Source: a virus
Taxonomy: Duplodnaviria; Caudoviricetes
Reading direction: 5' to 3' (one strand)
DNA length: 28,333 nt
IMG/VR virus record: IMGVR_UViG_3300025435_000688
Span: 1-28,333 of that record
Part shown: piece by piece, positions 18,232 through 26,073 of the stretch
Layout: each line of letters opens with the position of its first letter
Position numbering within the stretch: the stretch's first letter is position 1
Translations under genes and position numbers: made by a program
Notes under the pieces: model-generated
What the model saw: the letters and a program-made list of their open reading frames with translations, nothing else
Told to the model about the DNA's origin: nothing
The model's database searches: none

Positions 18232-18804
18232 ATGCGTGACGAAGTTGACATAATCAAGAACATTTCTACCATATATGATAGCAACAATAGCCTCAGAATC
18301 CTAAAAGATTTTGAAAGGGTTATTGATACGTTAGACATATACGTATTTAAAAACTGGGAAGATGGAGAATTAGTTGAAGGTCCATTTGTCAGTCGCCATT
18401 GGGTAGAATGCAAGTTCTTATGGCACAAGGAAAAGATGCCAGACCCCATGGGGGGCAAACGCCTGCTGGATTATGGTTGCAAAGTTGGATATAAAAAAGA
18501 TGTCCTAAAGAAACCACGCAAGATTAAAGAACCGAGTGATTTTCGACCAAACAGCAAAAAAGGCAAAATGGAAGAATTACCAGTATGGATCGTTACGGTA
18601 AAGATGCCTAAGAAATTGATATTTGATATTTTCAAGGGCACAGTGAGGAACGCTAAAGATAATCAAATTGATCTAGAATCAATCTATCAGTACACTGACA
18701 CTGAAGCCAATACTCCATCTACTATGGAAGCGGATTCAAATGCAGCGCAGCAGGAAACACCTGCAGCACCAACTGTAGGAGGCGCTAATGCCCCAGCTGC
18801 ATGA
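18232..18804 (+). CDS. Hypothetical phage protein (190 aa), probably late
   Basis: Clean ORF after TAAATA; low-complexity Ala/Pro tail; no recognised family. Confidence 0.75.
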   Translation: MRDEVDIIKNISTIYDSNNSLRILKDFERVIDTLDIYVFKNWEDGELVEGPFVSRHWVECKFLWHKEKMPDPMGGKRLLDYGCKVGYKKDVLKKPRKIKEPSDFRPNSKKGKMEELPVWIVTVKMPKKLIFDIFKGTVRNAKDNQIDLESIYQYTDTEANTPSTMEADSNAAQQETPAAPTVGGANAPAA

Positions 18805-19519
18805 AGACCTTAGGAGCGGCGATCTAGAAGATCTCGTCAAGCCAGTAATACACATCGATACCTATAAAGCGACTATGGGCAAAGATGAGGATGTTGCTAC
18901 CGTAAGTTTTGAAGTCATAGGCAAAGATGCTGCTAATGATCTAGTGAATTTTATAGAGAATGGTTATGATTTTATCATGGACGCTAAAGCTAGCGAAGGT
19001 GAAGGTAAAAATCATACGTTCACTGTATTCATAGAAATAGAAAGAGGCAGGAAACTGGCTAATCATATAGAAGATATGATCTACGGTGTGGGAGAATTAG
19101 CTAAGATAACCGATTGGCGTTTCCGTTATTATAAAGACCTACAGAGCAAACCTATAGAAGATATAAAACATCTAGTTCCTACTGATCCGGCAAAATATAA
19201 ATCAAAGATAGAAAAAATATTTGAAGATGATATGAATTTTTTCTTCCGCAAGAGTCCTCTAGATTATATCGATATAGAAGAGAACAAACTTACATTCAAG
19301 AGATTCTCTAACAGCCCTGTAAAAATGGAATTAATGGATTATGGCACACGCACAGATATACTGGGCAACTTAGATGCTGTCATAAGGATAGACGAGAATA
19401 GTACTAGCCAATCTCTTTGGTTAACAAAGTATTTTGGAGATTACAATATCACCAAATACGACGAATATTTTGTTTTTGAAGACGGAAACAATGTACTAAT
19501 GCTTAAACTCATTTCTTGA
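18788..19519 (+). CDS. Hypothetical acidic phage protein (243 aa)
   Basis: GGAGG RBS; overlaps the previous gene; begins MPQLHE. Confidence 0.75.
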   Translation: MPQLHEDLRSGDLEDLVKPVIHIDTYKATMGKDEDVATVSFEVIGKDAANDLVNFIENGYDFIMDAKASEGEGKNHTFTVFIEIERGRKLANHIEDMIYGVGELAKITDWRFRYYKDLQSKPIEDIKHLVPTDPAKYKSKIEKIFEDDMNFFFRKSPLDYIDIEENKLTFKRFSNSPVKMELMDYGTRTDILGNLDAVIRIDENSTSQSLWLTKYFGDYNITKYDEYFVFEDGNNVLMLKLIS

Positions 19520-19546
19520 CTTTTCGTCTAAAATAATTTATAAGTA
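19516..19546 (+). promoter_or_regulatory. Possible promoter TTGACT-N17-TATAAG / late-like TATAAGTA
   Basis: TTGACT 19516-21; TATAAG(TA) 19539-46 just before dnaJ. Confidence 0.4.
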
Positions 19547-19551
19547 AAAGC

Positions 19552-20427
19552 ATGGACCACTATTCAACACTCGGCGTAGATAAGACTGCATCAGCAGATG
19601 ATATACAGAAAGCCTTTCGCAAGGCAGCAATGAAGCATCATCCCGATCGAGGGGGCGATGCAGCTAAATTCCAAGAACTTAACGAAGCATATAGCACACT
19701 AAGCGATCCGCAGAAGCGTGCAGAATATGATATGGGTGGACAGAATCCGTTTGGGCAACAGGGTCATCCTTTTGCTAATGGTTTCCATTTTACTACCGGA
19801 AATCCTTTCCAGGGAGGCGGTTTTGCTGGAAATCCTTTCCAGGATGTATTCAATCAATTTGGTTTCCAATTCCATCAAGGACAGCAACAGGTAAGAAATA
19901 GAGATCTAAACATACGCTGCAAGATAGGACTAAAGGATGTTTATCTAGGCAAACAGATGAACGTATCTTATAGGATGCCAAGCGGACGAGAAGAATCAGT
20001 AACCATAGACGTTCCGCCGGGTATAGAGCACGGACAGATATTAAAGCTATCCGGATATGGCGATGATTCTATGAAGCAATTCCCTAGAGGCGATCTAACC
20101 ATATCGATAGAAGTTGAAGGTATGCCAAACTTCCATAGAGAAGATATCAATGTAGTCACTAGCATAGATCTAGATATCTTTGATGCTATGCTAGGAACTA
20201 CTGTAACCGTAAAACACATAGATGGAACAGATGTCGACCTAGCTGTTCCTGCAGGATCTCTACATGGCCAGAGATTGAGCTGCAAGGGCCTAGGATTTAA
20301 ACATATGAAGTTTACTAACGTGCGAGGAGATCTACACGTGATACTGAACATAAAAACTCCTAGAGTTACAGATCCTAAACTAATCGAAGAAATTAAATCT
20401 CTAGCTGCTAAACTCAAAAGAAAATAA
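19552..20427 (+). CDS. dnaJ: DnaJ-class (type II, CbpA-like) co-chaperone
   Basis: J domain with HPD, G/F linker, C-terminal substrate-binding domains, no Zn finger. Confidence 0.92.
   Translation: MDHYSTLGVDKTASADDIQKAFRKAAMKHHPDRGGDAAKFQELNEAYSTLSDPQKRAEYDMGGQNPFGQQGHPFANGFHFTTGNPFQGGGFAGNPFQDVFNQFGFQFHQGQQQVRNRDLNIRCKIGLKDVYLGKQMNVSYRMPSGREESVTIDVPPGIEHGQILKLSGYGDDSMKQFPRGDLTISIEVEGMPNFHREDINVVTSIDLDIFDAMLGTTVTVKHIDGTDVDLAVPAGSLHGQRLSCKGLGFKHMKFTNVRGDLHVILNIKTPRVTDPKLIEEIKSLAAKLKRK
19798..19843 (+). repeat. 16-bp exact direct repeat in the DnaJ G/F linker
   Basis: GGAAATCCTTTCCAGG at 19798-19813 and 19828-19843 (GNPFQ twice). Confidence 0.85.
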
Positions 20428-20436
20428 ATTATACTC

Positions 20437-20465
20437 TTGATCTTTATCTATTATCATAGTATAAT
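20437..20465 (+). promoter_or_regulatory. Sigma70-type promoter TTGATC-N17-TATAAT
   Basis: TTGATC 20437-42, TATAAT 20460-65, GGAG 20477-80. Confidence 0.7.
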
Positions 20466-20489
20466 GTTATACTATTGGAGAAAAAAAGT

Positions 20490-22697
20490 ATGATGTTAGA
20501 ACCCAGTGAGAGCTTGCAGACTGTATTCGAGCAAGCAATTTCTATTGCTGAAGATTTAAACCACGAGTACGTAACACTAGAACATATAACTTTAGCGATA
20601 TTCACTGATGAAAAGTTTTCAGAATTCCTAGAAGAATATGACGGATCTCCGGATCTAGTACGTACTAATGTTGATTTCTATATCAAAAATAACTTAACTG
20701 ATATAGTATCTGATGAAGAAACAAAACCTCAAAAAACACAAACTGTAGAAAGATGTTTCAACAGAGCATTTACCCAGGCATTATTTAATGGTCGCCAAAA
20801 GATAGAGACTACTGATCTATTGCTGAGTATCTTGTCTGAAAAAAAGACACACGCAGTCTATATCCTGAACAAAGCAGGATTTACCAAGGATAAATTTAGT
20901 GAATATATCGATACAGAAACGATAAACGTGGACGAAGAAACATTTAATAGTAGCCAGTTTGATAAACTGTTATCACAATATACTACCAATCTAAATCATC
21001 AAGCACAGAAGAATAAGATCGATCCTGTAATTGGAAGAGATTCTGAGATCGAAAGCATGGTGCTTGCACTGGGTCGTCGTAATAAAGCAAACATAATCAT
21101 GGTAGGAGATCCCGGTGTTGGTAAGACTGCTATCGCGGAAGGTCTAGCTTATAAAATCGTCAATAACGAAGTTCCGGATTTCCTAAAGGATCACACGCTT
21201 TATAATCTAGATATAGGTGCTCTATTAGCAGGTTCTAAATATCGCGGCGAATTTGAAGAGCGGCTAAAGGCTGTGCTAAAGGCTGTAGAAAAGAAGGGCA
21301 AAAGCATCGTGTTTATCGACGAAGCCCATATGATGAACGGTGCGGGTGCAGGGAACAATAGTCCAAACGACATGGCTAATATGCTAAAGCCTGCGCTCAG
21401 CAAAGGCACTATCAAAGTCATCGCTTCAACTACTTGGGAAGAATATCGCAAGCACTTTGAAAAGGATCGTGCGCTAATGCGTCGATTCCAGCGTGTGACC
21501 GTTGACGAACCTACGACAGAAGTCACTATGGATATCTTACGCGGTATCAAGAAGTATTACGAAGACTTCCATAAAGCCGTGATCAATGACGATGCGATCG
21601 ATGCTGCTGTTAAGTTAAGTGTGAAATATCAAAGCGATAAGAAACTCCCAGATAAGGCTATCGATCTAATCGATCTTGCCTGTGCTAGATTTAAGCTCGA
21701 TACAAATGCTGCACGAGTAGTTGGGAAAAGCAACATAGAATTTGAACTTGGTAAAATGATCAAGATGCCTGTCGAGAGTATAAGCGAAACTGAAAGCAAT
21801 GTATTGCATCAATTAGAAGGCAATATGAAATCAAATGTGTTTGGACAAGATTCTGCTATCGATAATATTCTCGATAAGATCTTTATCGCACACGCAGGAT
21901 TGAAAAGTCCTAACAAGCCCGTGGGCAGTTTCTTATTTGTTGGTCCTACAGGTTGTGGTAAAACTGAAACGGCTAAGCAGCTAGCAGAAAATCTCTCAAT
22001 CAAGTTGATAAGATTTGATATGAGCGAGTATCAGGAAAAACACAGTGTTGCTAAGTTCATCGGAGCACCTCCCGGATATGTAGGCTTCGATGATAATGCC
22101 GGACAGCTTATCACTAAGATACAGGAAAATCCAAACTGTGTGCTATTGCTCGACGAGATTGAAAAAGCGCATCCAGACGTTAGCAATGTTTTATTGCAGC
22201 TCATGGATAACGGGCAGGTTACAGGATCTAATGGTAAGGTAGCCGATTGTCGCAATATTATCTTGATCCTAACATCTAATCTAGGTGCTAAGGATGCAGA
22301 ACGCCCAATTATTGGTTTTGGTCAAGAGGATAGATATAACGACGGCGATGATGCAGTTAAGGAGTTCTTTGCTCCGGAATTCCGCAACAGATTAGATGCT
22401 GTGGTTAGATTTAATAGACTATCCAAAACTAATATGGAAATGATTGTGATTAAGTTTGTCGCAGAGCTACAGGGGTTGATAAAGGATAAAACCGTTAATA
22501 TAACAGTAAGTCCTTTGGCTATGGATCTATTGATTACACAGGGATTTGATCCTAAGATGGGCGCACGTCCTTTGAGTCGCATAATTGATAATAAGATCAA
22601 AAAGCCTTTGAGCCGAGAGATGCTGTTTGGTAGACTCAAAAATGGCGGCAACGTAGTAGTTGACGTGCAAGATAGAGATGTTATACTTACAATATGA
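20490..22697 (+). CDS. clpA: ATP-dependent Clp protease ATPase subunit, ClpA-type
   Basis: Clp N-domain; two AAA+ modules (GDPGVGKT/IDEAH; GPTGCGKT/LDEIEKAH); GYVG pore loop; IGF ClpP-docking loop; no ClpB coiled-coil middle domain. Start ATG 20490 lies 9 nt after GGAG. Confidence 0.92.
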   Translation: MMLEPSESLQTVFEQAISIAEDLNHEYVTLEHITLAIFTDEKFSEFLEEYDGSPDLVRTNVDFYIKNNLTDIVSDEETKPQKTQTVERCFNRAFTQALFNGRQKIETTDLLLSILSEKKTHAVYILNKAGFTKDKFSEYIDTETINVDEETFNSSQFDKLLSQYTTNLNHQAQKNKIDPVIGRDSEIESMVLALGRRNKANIIMVGDPGVGKTAIAEGLAYKIVNNEVPDFLKDHTLYNLDIGALLAGSKYRGEFEERLKAVLKAVEKKGKSIVFIDEAHMMNGAGAGNNSPNDMANMLKPALSKGTIKVIASTTWEEYRKHFEKDRALMRRFQRVTVDEPTTEVTMDILRGIKKYYEDFHKAVINDDAIDAAVKLSVKYQSDKKLPDKAIDLIDLACARFKLDTNAARVVGKSNIEFELGKMIKMPVESISETESNVLHQLEGNMKSNVFGQDSAIDNILDKIFIAHAGLKSPNKPVGSFLFVGPTGCGKTETAKQLAENLSIKLIRFDMSEYQEKHSVAKFIGAPPGYVGFDDNAGQLITKIQENPNCVLLLDEIEKAHPDVSNVLLQLMDNGQVTGSNGKVADCRNIILILTSNLGAKDAERPIIGFGQEDRYNDGDDAVKEFFAPEFRNRLDAVVRFNRLSKTNMEMIVIKFVAELQGLIKDKTVNITVSPLAMDLLITQGFDPKMGARPLSRIIDNKIKKPLSREMLFGRLKNGGNVVVDVQDRDVILTI

Positions 22698-23371
22698 GAT
22701 CTATACGTATCATAAACACATCTAAACTTTTTTGGAAAAAGTTTCCATATAAAGCTGTGCTGTATGCAGATTGGACTGTCTGTATACGGCGCTATAGTCT
22801 CGATGATTTAATCTCTGAAGCATATCCTAGTGTAAAGAGAGTATTCCAAAGAAACGAATCCAAGGTCAAAAAACTTTTGGCCTTGATTTCAAGCGTAGAT
22901 AAAAAAGAAATAAAAATACGTTCTGAGCACTATAGCTTATCAATATACTTTAAAGATCGTTCTTTCGTAGATGCACTGCAAAAGGATTTTTTTAAAGAAT
23001 TCGTAGAGTTACACGAACCCAAAGATCCTGCAACTTTGGACTATCTGTTGAATAATTTCAAAACAGAAATCAAACCAGAATTACCGCACGGTTGCAGATA
23101 CAAAGTGATACTGTCATATGATACAAAATCACCGCAGCAACATCGAGATAATTTCATAGAAATGTCTAAGAGGAATAGTGATTATTTCTATGTAACACCT
23201 ATCGTAGCAAGCCTGATAAAAGTAGATAGGCCTTGGTATAGCCAGCGTTATATTTTCGTAAAGGACGATCGCCATCTTTTAATGACACAGATGATGCTAC
23301 AGCACAACATACGCTCCATAGTGGAGATAAAAACACAAGACGAAATAAAGGAAAGCGAAATCAATGAGTAA
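22694..23371 (+). CDS. Hypothetical protein (225 aa)
   Basis: ATGA overlap with clpA; no motif recognised. Confidence 0.7.
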   Translation: MRSIRIINTSKLFWKKFPYKAVLYADWTVCIRRYSLDDLISEAYPSVKRVFQRNESKVKKLLALISSVDKKEIKIRSEHYSLSIYFKDRSFVDALQKDFFKEFVELHEPKDPATLDYLLNNFKTEIKPELPHGCRYKVILSYDTKSPQQHRDNFIEMSKRNSDYFYVTPIVASLIKVDRPWYSQRYIFVKDDRHLLMTQMMLQHNIRSIVEIKTQDEIKESEINE

Positions 23372-23645
23372 TATGTTGGACCTCACAAAGATCTTAGTAG
23401 ACAAGAAACTTATCACTAGAGGTACAAATATCAGTGCTAGGATCTCTCTCAGCGGATTTGGTTATGCTCCTATCAACGTAGAAAAAGAAGGTAGGGTAAA
23501 CTCTATCGATGAAACTGGTTTGAGAGTCATCTTTGATGATAAGCAGAGGCATACTAAATTTGAAGATATTACCAGCATCGAAGGCATGGATATCTCACGC
23601 TTTGCCCAAGCTTATAAAGTCAAAGTTAAAAACAAGAAAAAATAA
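23364..23645 (+). CDS. Small hypothetical protein (93 aa)
   Basis: Overlapping ORF, beta-rich with a basic tail. Confidence 0.65.
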   Translation: MSNMLDLTKILVDKKLITRGTNISARISLSGFGYAPINVEKEGRVNSIDETGLRVIFDDKQRHTKFEDITSIEGMDISRFAQAYKVKVKNKKK

Positions 23646-23656
23646 ACACTATTTGT

Positions 23657-23664
23657 GGTAAATA
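23657..23664 (+). promoter_or_regulatory. Late promoter-like GGTAAATA
   Basis: Intergenic, before AAGGA RBS and ATG 23681. Confidence 0.55.
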
Positions 23665-23680
23665 TTATAAGGAAAAAAAA

Positions 23681-24037
23681 ATGCCAGCAAGCAGCCAAAT
23701 AATATTACCTAGCACAACACACGATCCTTTAAATCTACTTCCAGTAACAGTGACCAGCGATCCTTTCAAGGGCGCTGGTTATTACGGATTTGGATATGGA
23801 TTACATACTGTAAGTTATCAAGGAACTGGGTTCGAAGGTGTTATCAGTATGCAGGCAACACTAGCTGCAACTCCTGCCGAAGAGGACTGGTTTACAGTTC
23901 CAGAAACTACACAAGATAATACAGACTCTCCTTATACAGGAGTGAGCATATATAATTTTACAGGAAATTTTGTTTGGGTTAGAGCTACTGTAACTTATAC
24001 GATCGGAACTATCAATAATATAACATATAACTATTGA
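23681..24037 (+). CDS. Small beta-rich late protein, possibly a virion component
   Basis: Thr/Gly/Tyr-rich composition like the structural genes; TAAATA upstream. Confidence 0.65.
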   Translation: MPASSQIILPSTTHDPLNLLPVTVTSDPFKGAGYYGFGYGLHTVSYQGTGFEGVISMQATLAATPAEEDWFTVPETTQDNTDSPYTGVSIYNFTGNFVWVRATVTYTIGTINNITYNY

Positions 24038-24062
24038 CACATTTAATTTTCAATGTTATAAT
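24034..24062 (+). promoter_or_regulatory. Perfect-consensus sigma70 promoter TTGACA-N17-TATAAT with extended TG
   Basis: TTGACA 24034-39, TG 24054-55, TATAAT 24057-62. Confidence 0.9.
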
Positions 24063-24084
24063 TGCTTTAACATGGAGAAGTTAG

Positions 24085-24300
24085 ATGAAGAATGTCAAGG
24101 GCGCAAATAAGACCAAGTGTACGCTGATCCACCCAGAAACTGGACAAAAAGTTTCAGCTGATATCCTAAGCAAAGATAAAATGCGTATGACTGTACGTCC
24201 GCAAGGTACTAGGATCGAAATCAACATGGTACGTGCTGACGAGACTATTCCATACCGTGGAGCCTTCAACGGACAATACTTCACTGCTCACATAGATTGA
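24085..24300 (+). CDS. 71-aa early hypothetical protein
   Basis: GGAG at 24074-77, directly behind the consensus promoter. Confidence 0.75.
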   Translation: MKNVKGANKTKCTLIHPETGQKVSADILSKDKMRMTVRPQGTRIEINMVRADETIPYRGAFNGQYFTAHID

Positions 24301-24323
24301 TAAATATCCTAAAGAGGATATTT
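24299..24323 (+). promoter_or_regulatory. Late promoter GATAAATA overlapping an RBS-sequestering hairpin
   Basis: AAATATCCT-AAAG-AGGATATTT perfect 9-bp stem (24302-24323) covering the GAGGA RBS. Confidence 0.75.
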
Positions 24324-24325
24324 TT

Positions 24326-24928
24326 ATGGCCGAAATACGAGATCTAATTAAAAGGCTGGATCATATAGAAAATCTCAAAGAAGATGTTACTGGTGATGCA
24401 GCAGAAGTTGGTGCTAAGGCGATCGGCAAACACTTACCAGGTGTAGGTTTAGTATTTGGCGGAGCTGATGCTGCTTATAGGGTATATAATGGTGATTATC
24501 TCGGAGCCGGTATATCTTTACTTTCAGGTATCGTATCATTAGAACCAGGGCCAGGTACTGCTGCGAGCATAGCATTAGATGCAGCGAACATTGCTAGAGA
24601 TCATTTAGCAGTCGCGGATAAGACACCAAATATAGTTGCAGATCCGGAAGCAGCCAAAGAAGTTGCTTCTGCACCAACTCCACCATCGGATAAAGATATA
24701 GCTACAATAGTTGGAGATAATTTGTCACCAGAAGCTATTTCAAAATTAGCTGCGGCTGCAGAACAATACGCTTTACCAGCGGCTGCTATAGTAGCATTAT
24801 TATATGGGGGTAAGGTACTATATGATTATTTAACGGCAAAAACTAAGGAAAAAATTTCACCTAAAACTTCTATAAGAGAAATGATGGAGATAGTTAGAGC
24901 AGAACAGATAATAAGAGAGATGCTGTAA
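24326..24928 (+). CDS. Gly/Ala-rich hydrophobic-helix protein, putative internal virion/ejection protein
   Basis: Leader ending NLKE; hydrophobic segments LPGVGLVFGG, YLGAGISLLSGIVSL, ALPAAAIVALLYGG. Confidence 0.55.
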   Translation: MAEIRDLIKRLDHIENLKEDVTGDAAEVGAKAIGKHLPGVGLVFGGADAAYRVYNGDYLGAGISLLSGIVSLEPGPGTAASIALDAANIARDHLAVADKTPNIVADPEAAKEVASAPTPPSDKDIATIVGDNLSPEAISKLAAAAEQYALPAAAIVALLYGGKVLYDYLTAKTKEKISPKTSIREMMEIVRAEQIIREML

Positions 24929-26073
24929 TGTTATTAAATGAACTGTTTAGCAATCTCAAAGAAGCAGCTCCTGCAGTAGGTAGGAAATATCAACATATAG
25001 AAGATCTAGTGTTTACAAATGGATCAAATGGCGGATTACACGCTGTCGAACGTTTAAAACATATGGGAACGAAGGGCGGTAACATAGAACTAAAATGGGA
25101 TGGAAGTCCTGTCGTCTATTGGGGAAGAGATGATCAAGGCCGCTTTAGCCTCATACCTAAAAATGCTTGGGAGTATCTAAAGCGTGGTAAGACACAGCTA
25201 GATAACGGTGCTCCGACGGTTATGTACAAACCACAAGATATAAGTGATTTCATCTTAAATACCGGCAAAGCAGAACCCGATAAAGAAAAGGCTAGAAAAG
25301 CCTATGCTCAACAGCTATCTGGACTTTGGAAATATTTTGAAAAAGTTAGTCCAGAAAGAGGTTACCTAGAAGGAGGATTGCTTTTCTATCCTGGAGCGGA
25401 ACCTCAATATAACGCAAATACAGGTGAATACGAATTCCAACCAAATCTAACTACGTTCCACATACCGGGCAATAGCGCTCTTGGAATGCGTATTAAAAAT
25501 GCTGCTGTAATGGTAGCAGCTACCGGATACTATCCTACATTAGGTAGTAGCGAAGAAAGCCGTTATCCTGATGCAGAAAAACTTTCTACACCAGATGTTA
25601 TAGTACAAGGCACTACTTACGTTGAACAGGCGCCAGGTGCAGACGAAACAGGATTAAATGCTGCGGCTAAATTTATCTCATCCAATGCACAAGCCATAGA
25701 TAATTTCTTAGCACCGAAGCCGGGATTAAGCAAACCTGGTGATATATTATATAAGTTCTTCAATCAAAATTTACGCATAGCAGGTGTGAAGAAAAAATTC
25801 CAAGAATGGGCTATGCAAAATCTATCAGCAGGACAAGCAGGTAAAGTCGTTAATGATCCAGGATTAGATGTCGTATTAACTGCCGTAGAAATGCTCACAA
25901 AAGAAAAAATGAAACTGATAGATTCATTAAGTAAAGGTACACACGGTGATATAAGGCAAACTAAACCCGAAGGATATGTCCAGGCACACCCCGGTGGTAA
26001 GTTTGCTAACGATATTCCGGGACAGTTTGTAAAGACCATAGATCAAAAAAATTGGTCTCCGAGGAAAGATTAA
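24928..26073 (+). CDS. Ligase/capping-enzyme superfamily nucleotidyltransferase (RNA-ligase-like; DUF6267-like)
   Basis: Motif I ELKWDGS (Lys56), motif III YLEGGLL, motif IV PEGYV, motif V FVKTI; no OB domain. Confidence 0.7.
   Translation: MLLNELFSNLKEAAPAVGRKYQHIEDLVFTNGSNGGLHAVERLKHMGTKGGNIELKWDGSPVVYWGRDDQGRFSLIPKNAWEYLKRGKTQLDNGAPTVMYKPQDISDFILNTGKAEPDKEKARKAYAQQLSGLWKYFEKVSPERGYLEGGLLFYPGAEPQYNANTGEYEFQPNLTTFHIPGNSALGMRIKNAAVMVAATGYYPTLGSSEESRYPDAEKLSTPDVIVQGTTYVEQAPGADETGLNAAAKFISSNAQAIDNFLAPKPGLSKPGDILYKFFNQNLRIAGVKKKFQEWAMQNLSAGQAGKVVNDPGLDVVLTAVEMLTKEKMKLIDSLSKGTHGDIRQTKPEGYVQAHPGGKFANDIPGQFVKTIDQKNWSPRKD

Noticed and set aside
20490-22697. ClpB assignment given the adjacent DnaJ
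   Set aside because: Lacks the coiled-coil middle domain and has an IGF loop, consistent with ClpA.
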